Shown piece by piece: positions 1 to 13,742 of a DNA stretch of 64,000 nucleotides. The number at the start of each line of letters is the position of its first letter. Position 1 is the stretch's first letter. The stretch is from Octopus sinensis (taxonomy: Eukaryota), in assembly GCF_006345805.1 (NCBI RefSeq), contig NC_043000.1, forward strand, positions 48,608,001 through 48,672,000. Direction: 5' to 3'. A program made the position numbers and the translations under genes. Under the pieces are notes generated by a model, which ran no database searches, had not been told where the DNA came from, and saw nothing but the letters and a program-made list of their open reading frames with translations.

Positions 1-239
1 TGTCGTCACCGAATCTCTATGGATAACCAAATATAACGAGAAATCTTTTAGAAATATCTCTTTCTGTTCATTCGCCTAGTGTATCATCCCGGGATTAATA
101 GCACAAGTACGTGCATGGACTACATTAATATGGATCAAATACACCAAACACAAAACACTGTTGGCTTGTAGCCGCCAAATGAGAATGATGGGATGGTGCA
201 ATCCATACCGCGTCGAAAAATTCCTAGCTGCATTTCTTC

Positions 240-332
240 CAACTTACGCCATAGTCGACTTTGCCTTTCATTATTTTGGTGTCGATAAAATGAGTACCAG
301 ATGAGAACTGGGTTCGATGTAATCGACTGACT
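240..332 (+). mobile_element. SINE fragment, family A (Nin-domain-like core)
   Basis: gtcgactttgcctttcat...gtcgataaaatgagtaccag...ctgggttcgatgtaatcgact matches the core of the fuller copies at 12304-12532 and 40732-40968. Confidence 0.7.
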
Positions 333-3300
333 CTTATCCACACTCACAAATTTGAGGCTTTGTGCCTACAGTAGAAAAAATATTATCATTAATCGTTCAT
401 AACACAGACTGAATAAATTGAGAGATTGAATGACTGTTGTCAATACGTTGTTGTTTTAACTGAGCTGGCATTTTGATCAAAAAGTCATGACTGTCCTATT
501 TTCAGGTCGTATACATACATCTCAATATTATTTATTGCTTACTTCCTTTATGCAAGTTTATAAATTTGATTGATAAATGCTTTGACAACGACATTACGGT
601 GGTCTAACGCCTGCGTATAAGCTTCCTTATAGAGTCGCAACACCAATAGGTTTGCAGCGAGAATAAGCTGAAGGTAATGTCTCATGTAAATTGACAAGGA
701 ACACATTTATAAAGTATTTCTCTGCAAAATAGAGATGGCTATATTGTTTTATTTTGTTCCTTTGCGGAGTGTAAGAAATATAAAAGCATGTTGTTTAGAA
801 CGAAGAGAATTAAATGACAGTACATGTCGGGTCGCTGATCACATCTAACGAGAATAATTTAAGAACTAGAATGGCTAATATGTACCAATAAGTGAAGCGA
901 CTATTGTTACAATAACAGTGAGTCTTGTTGTTGCTATGGTATCAAAAGTATTATTAATGTATACACAGCAGCTGCCGGGTAATTATTTATTGGGTGAACA
1001 ATGGATGGACAATATTTAACTTTAATCTTTTGCCAGAGGAGTTGCATTTAATCACACGGCAATTAAGAATATGAATACAAAAGAAAATGAAAAATTCATG
1101 AGAAATTTAATGAGCTGAGGCAGGATTGTTTATATCGAGCATCCGTTTACGAATGAAATACAAAAAAAAAACGGAATTTCTGAAGGGCTCTTTACGCTAA
1201 ACGTACGCGTTCAGTAACGCAAGGCAATTAATGCTAATGAAATGAAGTAAATTTATTCGTAAAGAGCAAGCATATTGGTACTGAATATTTCTTTATTGTA
1301 AGGACATTCTTTGGAAAAATATGTCTTCGTAATGCACGAAGTTGAAACCTGTAAAAAGATTTCTGCCGCAGTCAAAGTAGTTGTCGTAGGTTCTTTATAT
1401 AAACTAGTATCTAGAGAAGATATTAAAAGATACTAAAACATATTATTGACAATGACACGACCACTTCATTAAGATACGAGATGAAACTGTTCTGGATTTT
1501 GCTGTCATTAAGTATCATGCCCAACCCTAGCTGACCGATCAAAAGCGTTCGAACCCTAACATCTTTGCTTGAGGATTACAAAGTGTACAGCAGGGTGCGA
1601 TTTTTTAACATAGTTGGGAGTGAATTAAAAAAAATATTCACCTGCTCTATCTAACAAATCTAGCGGATACGTAGATATTTCATTCTTCTTAAAACAACTA
1701 CAAAAATATAATAGTTTTCACAACCAAAACAAAGAAGATTAAAAGATAGTCCTTATTAATAAATGTTATAAAGCCAATATAATTACGAGAAGTGACTAGC
1801 TACCAAAAACCGTTTATAATATCGGGAAAAACGTGCATCGCAAAATTGTTGAATCCTGATTTACATTCTTCTGATTTATCGTTACCTTGAAAAGTGTATG
1901 CGTAAAGAGCCTTTGCAAGCCACACTACTCCTACTGGCAGGGTAATGATTATATCGCATGACATAGTTTGTATCGGTTTCTAAATAACTATTCAGCGGAT
2001 ATTCGAGAATTTCAAAGAAACACTATAGGCATAGTGTAAAAATTAAATCATACATAACGAGTGTAAATATTATTTAGGATATATCAGATAAAGATAACAT
2101 TTGCAGTATATATTTTATCTACAAAGAATTCGTATTAATAAAACTACAGGCTTAAACTATCGTGTTGAATTTCTGGCTTCTATTTGAGTCAGTCTACAAG
2201 TGATATACTGGTGGCAGCGTTCCAGTGAATCATGTATTGGAACGCTAAACATTCTTACTTTATTATATGCGCTTATACATATACGGTCGTATGATCCCCG
2301 ACTTAATTCAACATTTCTGAGAATATTTTAACTGACAATTCAACCTAAAAGTTTTTCTGTTAGCCTTCCAACAAAGCAAATCCAAACTTTGCACAACATT
2401 TATTACATTTCCAATGTCAATTGTACTTACAGTTCAAATATTTTGAAATGTCAAGATAAACTATTCCATAAAGCTGGTTATAGTTTTTATGTATTCTTCT
2501 TCCACAGATGTATTTCTAGCACGGAATGTATTTACATCAGCGTAGAATTCTATAGATTTGATTTGATGTATTCTAAAATTCAGCGCAAAATGGAGAAAAT
2601 GTTATAGTCATTAAATAGATTCTAATCGTTGACCTATAAGATATATAATCACATTTGAGGTTCACTTAATAGTTATTGAAAACCTCCAAACCAGAAGTTA
2701 TTTGTCTACTCATCTACACGAAGAATGTTATAAACTTTGACATTTTTAAATGTCACCACTAAATAAAATGTTGTCATTTTTATGACACAAATTTAATTCT
2801 TATGTACATGCATGGTAAACTCTTGGTTACCTCTTCACAATTTAAATGGATAATAAGCAGTTGAAAGTCGTGCAGATACAAAATTCTGTTCTTCATATTT
2901 AAAATGTACCAAACTGAAGTTTGTCATAGAATTCTAAGAGCCAACCTCACATAATCTATCGACTTTATAAATGCATTTAAATAATTAGGGTTGTCTAACT
3001 TTTGTACACCTCAAATTTTGAAGAAAAAATCAGTCAATAAAATTAACTTTATCATTTTATTATTAGCTACTTCATATCAATATCATCATAGAGATTTTAA
3101 CACAGAAGGGGCGAAATTAAATATAAATACATTGAACTCAAATAAAAGGCTACACACTTGTTGGTCTTTTTCTTGTATTTCTCTTATCTACACTAAAATG
3201 ATGAAAGACGAATCACTTCTAGTAATATTTTAAACTGAGAACCTAAACTAAAAGAAAGAAACACTGAATAGTCTGCTGTATCCAATGTCCTACCGATGCT

Positions 3301-4788
3301 ACCGTTCTGAAGACATATGTAGATAATCGTGGACATTTTTATTTCGGCTCTATGTAAAAGTGTCCTTGTTGCTGAAACTCTTGCAACTGAAAATGGTAGT
3401 AAACTTGACGTACAATGAAGTTGGACACACGCATGGCATACAGTCTGTATAAGTTACTAGGAATGAGTTTCTATAACAGAACTGTTTACAGCTAAGTGAA
3501 AACATATAGCCTCCTAATCCCTGATGGTATATATCTGGTATCAGAAAGCTAACAACCGACCCCAGTTTTGATCTATAGTAACGAATTTTATAAATCTAAT
3601 GTTCTTGCGGAGAATAGTGTACATGAGAAAGTACATACCAGAAGTGCTCCTGAAATTAATCTATTACTAAATTCAGTTTCAAATGTGTAAACACATGCTA
3701 GAGTAGAAATCTTAAAACATAGTTTATGAGCCTTAACAAGAATGTTAGTTTCTGTCCTGTTTAATGTTTTATCAGAGAAGCAGAGAACAGCTTGAATGAT
3801 TTCTTCCAATTTAGATTCTTCTGCAAAATGCCTTCAGCAATAGTATGCAACTGAAGTATTTTACTCCTGACTAAATTATCCAGAATCTAGTTTCCACTTA
3901 ATTGCTTTCAACTTAATCAAAACCAAGTGACAAATCGTCACAAGTGCTCCAGCTAAGTATCATCAACATCTTCGTGAATGATAAGCACTGTTATTTACTC
4001 GTGAGATTAAATACAGTAACATCATGGGAATAACATATTGCTTTGATCTGTATATCATTAATTTCATTAATTATTCATAAACCAACAATAACAGTCGGAA
4101 TTCAAAACCATTCACTTATGTTAATAATTCTAATATTTAAAATTATGCAAATATACCTAAGCACACATTATTTTTGCTGTTAGAATTAAATTTTGAAGAA
4201 GCGTTTACTTCGCTAGGTACTTTTTCCTTCCAGCTACATATAAAGGGGCATATACTTGAGAATCGAAATCGTTGCCCTGATTTGCGCTGCAAAAACATTG
4301 ATACATTTCTTCCCTTATTTGACGAATAAATATATTTCTGTAACGGTTTGGGAATTTTTTCAACGTAAAGCTGACAAGACTTACTAATACTTATGGAAAA
4401 TGATCCATAGATAAAAATTGAGATTTCTAGAAAATATATATAAAAATTGTTTGTAAATTTTATTCATACAGTACTTTGACAAGTGATAGCATCTCAATTT
4501 TACTTTATTTTTTAAAGTAGATATTGTATTTTGGATGATTCGTGTTTGCTTACCAATTTTCCAATATAATAAATACTGAATTAAGGAAGTTTTCAGCTTT
4601 GATTAATAAGTTATTGGTATCCATCTTTTGCAAGACGCCTACGACCTGTTGCTTGATATCTATTGCTATCATCATTACTTCTATAACTTCATCAAGGGAG
4701 TCATCATTACAAGCCTTGTGTGTACACTACTACTACTACTACTACAACAAATGTCTCCAGTTCTATATTTAAAAGATGTGGAATTATG

Positions 4789-4944
4789 TACATTATTTAT
4801 ATTATATAGACTTGACGGATATTTGTCCTCATCTTGTTTGTTGTTAACAACATTTCGGCTGATATACCCTCCAGCCTTCATCAGGTGTCTTGAGAAAATT
4901 TCGAACCTGTGTTCTCATTCCTAAAGTATTGTTCAATGTTGTTG

Positions 4945-4980
<36 letters not shown>
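4789..4980 (-). mobile_element. Inverted copy of the hammerhead-bearing tail (partner of 5064-5266)
   Basis: Reverse complement aligns with 5064-5266 (aatgagaac.caggttc.aaattt..caagacacctgatgaagg.tggagggt...cagccgaaa...gatatccgtcaa...taatgta), including the AAT/AAC repeat. Confidence 0.85.
4845..4889 (-). ncRNA. Degenerate minimal type I hammerhead ribozyme copy
   Basis: Minus strand reads gacac CTGATGA a ggctg gagggtatat cagcc GAAA tgttgttaac. Core and stem II are intact; stem III/stem I are damaged (CG>TG and a 2-nt loss relative to the 5166 copy). Confidence 0.6.
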
Positions 4981-4982
<2 letters not shown>

Positions 4983-4987
4983 CCTGT

Positions 4988-5063
4988 GGGGCATATAGCG
5001 TAGTGGTTAAGAGCGCGAGCTACTAACCCTAAGATTCCCAATTCGATCCCAGGCAGTTACCTG
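4988..5063 (+). mobile_element. tRNA-derived SINE head (Pol III A/B boxes)
   Basis: A-box-like TAGCGTAGTGG at 4996-5006 and B-box-like ATTCGATCC at 5041-5049 with tRNA spacing. No proper acceptor stem, so not a real tRNA gene. Confidence 0.7.
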
Positions 5064-5165
5064 AATAATAATAATGATAATAATAATAAAAAGAAGAACA
5101 ACAACAACAGCAGCAACATCGAAAAATACCTTACGAATGAGAACCCAGGTTCAAAATTTCCCCAA

Positions 5166-5210
5166 GACACCTGATGAAGGTTGGAGGGTTTTCAGCCGAA
5201 ACGTTGTGTT
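5166..5210 (+). ncRNA. Minimal type I hammerhead ribozyme (Penelope-type)
   Basis: Stem I GACAC/GTGTT, core CTGATGA (5171-5177), stem II GGTTG/CAGCC, GAAA, palindromic stem III ACGT, predicted cleavage after GUU at 5205. Confidence 0.75.
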
Positions 5211-5628
5211 AACAACAAAAAGACGAGGGCAGATATCCGTCAATTGTAAATAATGTAAATAATGTAAAATGTCTCCTCTCTTCCCAGGTTGTAGAATGAG
5301 GCTTGAAGGGAATTCATATGATATTTCGGGCTAATCGTGAGACCTCGTAGAGAAAGCGTCGTTAGCTTAATGTGTACTATATATATTTAATAGCAAGATT
5401 TACCTTTGAATGACATTTGTGGAATACATAGATGAAGTATTTACCATGAATGAACTTGTGTGGATTTATATTAAAAACGGAAGCCAATAAAAAGACTTGA
5501 GCTCAGTGATACAAAGAAATAGAATATTCTTGGATGGGATAATCACACATCCTACTAACATTGGTAAGCCGTATCTTTGTTCTTTACTCTCACTCATACA
5601 CACCTACATACATATGCAAATCATATAC

Positions 5629-5671
<43 letters not shown>

Positions 5672-8600
5672 TTCATACACATACACACATTCACATAATA
5701 AGATATATTCTCTTAGTATTTCAAGTGAAATGGCTTCAAGCGTGAATTTGAACTCCGTCTCAATTTCAACTTGCTTCAGGACATCTGCCACTACAGAAAC
5801 ACAAACTATTGAAAACATACAAATTCAATAAGATAACCTTTGTTTCATAGCTAGACTAGCTAGAAATAACTGCCAAATGTTGTTCAAAACGTACTCTGCC
5901 AAAACAATATCTTGTATAGACCCGTAACAATTACAATTTAACTGAATAGAATCTAAGTGAGTCGAAGCAAAAAAAATCTATAATGTCTCCCCAATACAAA
6001 TAATTTATTGGCTAAACAAGAAAACCCGTAGTCAGTTACATTATTTAGTGTCATGATAAAGTGGATTGAAATGATAAAAACGCTTGAGTGTTGGTATTTT
6101 AATATTTATTATCTTGATATAATTAAATATTAATTTTATATTTTGGGCTGGGGTTTTTTAAAATCCAGAACGTATTTTGTGTCGTCATTGCATTGTGAAG
6201 AAAAATCATATCTACTGAACAGAATTAGTTGACTGTACCTACTCTCTGATAAGTTTTGTCCCTTTTCCAAAAAAAGGTAGCAGTAATCGATAATTTATTG
6301 TTCCTTCCTTTGCTCAGAAATGTACGATTTTAAAACAACAACGACAACCTACTTAAATTTTATCGTAAAATGGCAAGTAGATTACAATACAAAATCATTG
6401 CTGAAAGAGGTAGGTTTTCTGTCCTTATTTACAATAACGACAAAATAATATGTAGTTGTGAAATGTGGTGAAAACAGTAAATCAACGAGAAGACAACCAA
6501 TCACGTAAAATAAAAATACTTTATATCGATCGTGATAATTGCTATCCAATGTGATTAGTGTAATCCGTACGATTCAAAAAAGGGTGAAAAACGAAATTCT
6601 AACATCTAGCTACTTCTACTCGAATCTAATGTAAAATACTGACGAGTTTTACTTCCCTGATAATATTGACTGCTCATTAGGTGTTTGCTATTACACATAG
6701 ATTTCATCCTCTCAGCAGTTACGTAAATTGAAGTAAGATACTATCTGAGATATCTGTTATATAATCCATTTCATGGTATATACTTTCCAGAAAAGTGACG
6801 CATAAGTGCAAATGGTATATCATTTATAATAGCATGATAGGCAATGCTGTAGGGCATTTGTAATGGCAATTCTAACAAGTGTATACATATATACATGCAT
6901 GCACATATATGCAGATATGTAGATCTATATGTTTATGTACATGTATGCCTACACGATGTAAGCTTGAATATATACTTATATACACACACATATGTGCGTG
7001 TATGAGTAGTTATGTGTGCGTGTGTTTATGTATGTGCATTCAAAACCTCGTGTTTCGTGCACAATCAAAGCGTAAGAATATGTAGTGTAATATATATAAG
7101 AAATAAAATCTGGCAAAATGTAAAGGCGGGACATGTGATGAGCAATGTGCGCCAATTTGTAGGGAAATGTCGAATTATTATAACTATGTACGTTAAGCAG
7201 AAGTAATGGTAATTGTGTATGTGTGCTACAAATTAAATAATCTCAGACAGAAGGAAAATGACAACCATTGTTATTAACGTATGATTGAAACATTTTTTCA
7301 ACTGCTGACTGAAAATCGATTAGATTAATAATCATTATCAGAGATCAACGAAATAAAACAAGAGCAAAATGTTCGGAGACATACTTATAGCGTTTAATCA
7401 ACATCAATTTTCTCTTTCATACAGTTTATTTGTATGTTTATAGAACTGTTTAAACTATGTAACTGGATGGATGAAATCTTCATAAATGTATATGAATGTA
7501 CAATATGTTTACATGTTCTTTAAAATGTGTATGAATATTCCATATTAAGAAAAAAACTGAATATATCCGTCATCATCGAATTCACCTACATATGTTTCTT
7601 TGCTGTTCGAAAGAACATTTATGTATGGATCTCCATCGGTTTGTACGATGAATATTTCATTTGTTCTTATCAAGTGAACTACTTGCTCATTGAATTCTAG
7701 AATAAGTTGTTGATTATTCCTCGTACATTTACAATGTTAGCGTAATGCTCAATCAGAGAGAACTATGACGGCGTGTGAGTAAGATGGCGTTTGATTTGCA
7801 GTGCTGGTAATCTAACAGGCTTGTATATTTGCTGAGTAACTAATGTCACAGCGAGCTTTAACCCGAGGGTAGAACAAAAGCCATTTTCTTAATATACAAC
7901 CCAATATTAGAAAGCATTATAATCCTAGAAATCCGAGTTTGTGTTGTCACATACTAACAATTCAGCTTTGGCCAAGCAAACCTATAGAAGGCTTACTGCC
8001 CAGAATATTTTGTCTTTATCCCAATTATAATACCTACGGATCACATTATGTTACCTTCTTTTCTAAGAGAATTTTGTGTAATATGAGAGACACATAAATG
8101 ACTACCATTTCTAGCAGATAGCGTGACTACATAGCCGCTCTTTCATTTGTTTATGTTCATGTTTCTGCTCTTGTGTAGGTGAGAGAATACACCATAGTGT
8201 TTGTCGCACCGAAACGTCATGTTATATGTCATGAGAATTTAAAGTTTTATATCATTCAAATGAAACAGAAAATACGAATAATCTAGCAATTATAAACTAC
8301 ATATGCATCTATTCTTACACATGCTGGTCATACTGCAATTTGTTTAGTATGTGCCTGCACGGCAATGAAAAACAATGCCTGACAACAACTGAAAGAAAAA
8401 AGCAATACTAGAAAAATAAATATATCTTAGAGTCAATAACCTCTTAATTGAATTAATTTATACCAAGAATAAAAGGAAATGTTTATATCGCTTCAGAGAA
8501 CCCGTTGCTTCAGAATAATTGCCATATTTATTTCCCAATCTAAATTTGATGTCATAATTCGTTGGGTTATTCGATAATAAAATTAAATAGTAAAACAAGA

Positions 8601-10790
8601 ATTAAGCACACGTGTGCCAAAAAAAATAACAAAAACAAAAAAACAGAAGGATATTGGTTGCCCTTATTTTTTTTTTCTTACTTATAATCATTTTACTTTA
8701 TTGTTGAGACATCTATATCTAATTTGTTTTCGATATATAGTCATACAGAATCCTACAAACACACACGAATACACACATACATACGTACATACATACATAT
8801 ATATGTGTGTGCGCGTGTGTGTTATATATGTGTATGTATGTATATAGTGAAATAGGATCAATGAAAAAGAATAATTGTTTATGTTATAAATTTTATAGCT
8901 TATACCTCTGAGCAAAGATTTAATTAGAATATTGTCGTTTACAGTTTAAACTACATTTATAAAAATATAGTCATGTTTTCGTAGACAGGGAAAATGTCGC
9001 TATTTATTTACCAAAATCAACGCGCGTGTGTACGGTTGAGTCAAAGTTAGTAATAGATTATTTATTATTAAAATGATGGTTATGTATATCTATAGAACCT
9101 CTCGTGCTCCTAGTATCCATAAGAATATTATGAATACTATGCTACGATCATTATTGTGATAATAACAATTAATAGGTTATATAGTTTGGTATGAAACACC
9201 GTCGTATACAAATGTTTTGAGAAACTGACAATTGTCATTCATATTGTAAACCTGAATATACATTCTGGTGCAAATTCCAATTGTAAATTAAATAAATTAA
9301 TCACTTGTCTTTTGTTCCACTCTTCTTGCTGGAACATGTCACATTATGCTGGAACTTAGCGCGGTTTTCTTGATTGTCCGAAAAATATTACAACGAAAAC
9401 GTTTAGCATAATAACAGAATATCCTACATGAGAAAGTAGACAATTCTATTAAAGATTTTTCTAAGCATTACAATTTAATTTATACAAAAGGGAATATATA
9501 ACAGACATTTACATAAATTCTGTGAAATTGCGAAAAGAATTGAATGGGTTACTGATGCATTAAGATCTATTCATCCCTATTAGATATCTTTGAATTGCAA
9601 TGTAAAATAGAAAATGTTTATCGCTTTAGACATTTCATATTATATGGCTAATAAGTAATGTAATATTTTCTTTTGATTGTAGTCTAGAAGTATATCCATC
9701 TGGTGAATGAAATTAGATAAGAAGCTAAAGCGATTTCTTTTGTCTTCCATACATAATGCTCTTGGGAGCAACCTGAATATTATAGAATCTTCTATATTTA
9801 CAATAAATATACATGTTCCTGATTATTTAAATGGTTATAAAAAGTAACAATTATTTCACCCACCCCAATTAAAGCTCTTCATTCAGTTAAGTATCATTCG
9901 TAAAACTTTGGTTTATATATCTGATACCTGGTAAATAATTCAAACGAGCGTGAGATACCTCGTTCGAGATAATCATTTTCGTCTTTCTATCTGAAAGTGC
10001 TTCTTAAGATGTCTAATGTAATATAATGCCTAATCTTAACAGTAAATTGATTCAAGGAGTTTTTCTCGTCATCGACATGGGATTAAGACTAGTGTCTTGT
10101 TATGTGCTACATTACTGATGGCTATTATTTCCAAGAGCCATGTGTTATGAATACTGACAAAAGTTTTCTGGTTATCAGATGTACCACTTAGAACCATCTT
10201 AATCTTTCTTTAGTATTCGATTGGTTTCGTCGATCTGAAGTTGATTTTTTACTGCATATAAGTCTTCCCATCAACTTTTCTGCTTTTTTCTAACGTGTTT
10301 ATTTTCTCAGTACGATATTATTGCTGTTAAATTTTTATGGCTGGTAAGAAGGCATGCAAGTGGTATAACATTATTTAGCCTGTCGAAGATGTTGATATAA
10401 AACAGTACTGTTTAAACTTGCAGCAAAATAAATTTAAATTCTTTAATCCGAGATACTTAATTCGGATTCTACCAGGCAATTGTACGATATAAGCCAGCAG
10501 AAATTGTTCGACAGTTTCGTACCGGTCAGGGTTAAGAATAAACCCTAACAAAGGGTAGGAGAGATTTTTACAAAGAAGACAATAGTCAACCAAATCTACA
10601 GAGGAGATAGGTGTCATTATGTTTTCTGCCTATTGAAGCATACATTGTTGTGCGCTTATGGCGGCTCTCTTAGGCTCTTACTCAGGTATATAGTCGTTCG
10701 TAGTCGCCCACCTAATGTTAGACATGTTTACCTGATTCCGTTAATGGAGTGTTTAAAACTGATTCTTAGGCTTAACTATGTATACATATA

Positions 10791-10832
<42 letters not shown>

Positions 10833-12162
10833 GTACGCATGTATGTTTGCTTGTATACACAAACTAAGGAAAACTATATCTAATATATTGCACATTCTTT
10901 CGTCTTTATATGTAATGTAACACTGTTTACTATATCATATCATCAACAAGTTTTAATGACACTGCATAGATATCTAAAAGTAGATAACAGTATATTGGAT
11001 CGAAGCATCTACTGCTAAATAATAAAGTGGTGAAACGTTCATCTTGTATGTAATGCAAGTAAGAAATAGAAACTACAAAAACTGGAAGAACAATTATTAT
11101 AAGACTATTCAATTAAACGAATAGGTTTCGTAGAATCTACTGTAGTAGGGAAATATTGGTAGTTTTCCAACTTTGAATATATTTCAATAAAAAAAAAACG
11201 ATGTCTATATTACAGTTCTTGACAAAAGAGTAGATGAATCTAGGCACGCAGGCGATAGCAATTAGCTCAAATTATATATTCTCTAAATTCTTAAATATTA
11301 AATTGGCTCTCGAGAAAATTTTATCCGAAGAAGAGGAATTATAACGCTTTAATGAGCGATATGAATGTCCGTGTATATAATTTCAAAACACATTTGTTTT
11401 GTTGCTTTAAGTATAAAATACCATACGTCACAGTAAACGTGTGAAGTATCATAGCAGATACATTATTTTTTTTTCTATAGCAATATTATACTGTGTCTTG
11501 TCGTTTTCGTTTTTGGGGTGTTTATTCGTATGGCTGCTTTCTTTCATAGAATCTGTGTGAGATCAATGATATATGTTTAACTGTACGAATATTCAGATAT
11601 GATGACCACTTAATTATGCAAGTAGATAGAAAGGCAAAGAATCTTGGAGAAATTCTTTGGCATGTACGTACGAAGTTTAGTTCATCGGAGTTATTGAGGT
11701 TTAGAGAATAGGTCTCTAGAAATGCATCAATTAAATGTTATATATTTCAAAGTAAACACAATATATTATGAACGGTTTTTGCGTAATGTAAGACGGAAAT
11801 TCAATAGTCTTTGGTTCTGGAGAAAAGAATATAAATTACTATAATTGTCATTGCTTCACAAAGATCCGATCAGGAATCAAAGCCATGTTCTGTCTTTATC
11901 ATTCGTTTAGCTGCAATCTATAAACGCTTTCCCCAATAACAAGTACACGAAGAAAGTTTGCAAACGATGTAATACATTGCTTGCAATCTTCTACATTGAG
12001 TTAACGTAGCATTCATCATAAGCAGATGAAGTTGTGAAAGTACCAAAATATTTGTCGAAATAATATAGTATGTTCTAACATATACTGCAAAAATTAATTT
12101 ACTTCATACTATTTTCGTCATGTGAAACATCATTTCGATTTCATCACATTTTCTCGATAGTT

Positions 12163-12790
12163 GGCACACCTATGGGTGTGTGGTAAATCGTTTGCTTCCC
12201 TACCAAATAGTTCCTACAACGTGACACCTTGGGCATTTTACTATAGCTTCGGACCGCTTAAACCTTTGCGAATGGATTTGGTGGACGGTAATTGAAAGAA
12301 GCCGGCGAGCTGGCAGAAACGTTAGCACGCCGGGTGAAATGCTTAGCGGTATTTCGTCTGCGTTACGTTGTGAGTTCAAATTCCGCCGAGGTCGACTTTG
12401 CCTTTCATCCTTTCGGAGTCGATAAATTAAGTACCAGTTATGCACTGGGGTAGATGTAATCGACTTAATAGCTATGTCTGTCCTTGTTTGTCCCCCTTGT
12501 GTTTAGCCCTTTGTGGGTAATAAAAAAATAGATAATTGAAAGAAGCCCGTCGTGTACAAATATATACATTTGTGTGTGTCACTCTGTGTCTCCTTACCGC
12601 TAGACAATATGTGTTGGTGTGGTTTACGTCCCCGTAACTTAGCGATTCGACAAAAGAGACTAATAGAATAAGTATTAGGTTTTAAAAACGTAAGCACTGT
12701 GATCGATTCATTCAGCTAAAAATTCTTGAAGGAAATGCCCCAGCATGAACGCAGTCTAATGACTGAAAGAAGTATAAGATAAAAGAAGAT
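12163..12790 (+). mobile_element. tRNA-derived SINE family B, interrupted by a family A SINE
   Basis: Both halves align with the intact copy at 57483-57901 (tatagc..cggaccg, tggatttggt.gacgg, gaaagaagcccgtcg, tttacgtccccgtaacttagcg, aatgactgaaa). Confidence 0.8.
12304..12532 (+). mobile_element. Full-length SINE family A with 15-bp TSD
   Basis: ggcgagctggcagaaacgttagc...gagttcaaattcc (B-box)...gactttgcctttcatcc...gtaataaaaaaataga, flanked by taattgaaagaagcc at 12289-12303 and 12533-12547. Confidence 0.92.
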
Positions 12791-13471
12791 AAAGCTAATT
12801 GTTTTATGCAGTTTCAAGTTGTTCATTAGCAGAAATTTGTGATTTATCGAGAAAGCCTATGATCAAACACTCCCCGGGCAGTGCCTTTTGATTTTTCTGG
12901 TCATATTATGCTATGTATTTTATTTTAAGATAGCTTGGTTGTGCAATTTCTAAGAGATCTGGAAACCATACAGAAGTTTCTCTTTGAGTAACTGAAAGTT
13001 TAAACCATTCATTAAAAAAATCCTTAAAATATAAGAGAATTTTTATGATAGTCAATTCAGTTACCTGGGTTTTTAAAGTATATTTTACTTAACAAATCAA
13101 TTATGAAATGATTGATTTAAAAATATAAAAGTTTGCTGATTCCATTTACTTCACATTTGGGAATATCAGGAAAAAATGATTCCATACGATTAAATTCTGA
13201 CATACTGGTTCTCATTATATTTCATTCTGCAGGATAATTGTCTCATGAATATGTTTAGTTGTATTAAATTTATTAGTTTTAAATTGATATGGACATTCAT
13301 TTCATTTAGGAAATATATGTTGTAAAATATATATCTAATCAAAAGAGGGTTTTGTATTCACTGCAGATTTAAAATTGAATGTTAATTATCGTGTGGTAAT
13401 GTAATTATTAAATCTCAATCACATTGTCAGTTAATGAAATATTTCGCCTTTTGTCTTATTGCAATAATTAT

Positions 13472-13530
<59 letters not shown>

Positions 13531-13693
13531 TATATATATGTGGTGTGTGTGTGTGTGTGTATGTGTGTGTGTGTGTATGTGTGTGCATATATATGGTATA
13601 TATAAACATATATATATATTTGTATATACATACGTAGTCACACACGTGAGCGTATATTTATGCATATGTACATAATGTATACATGTATATGTG

Positions 13694-13742
<49 letters not shown>

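Noticed and set aside
3290-3960. Possible ancient LINE remnant on the minus strand
   Set aside because: No RT motif could be recovered with confidence.
4988-5063. Possible genuine tRNA gene
   Set aside because: No acceptor stem, poor T-arm, imperfect B-box; better explained as a SINE head.
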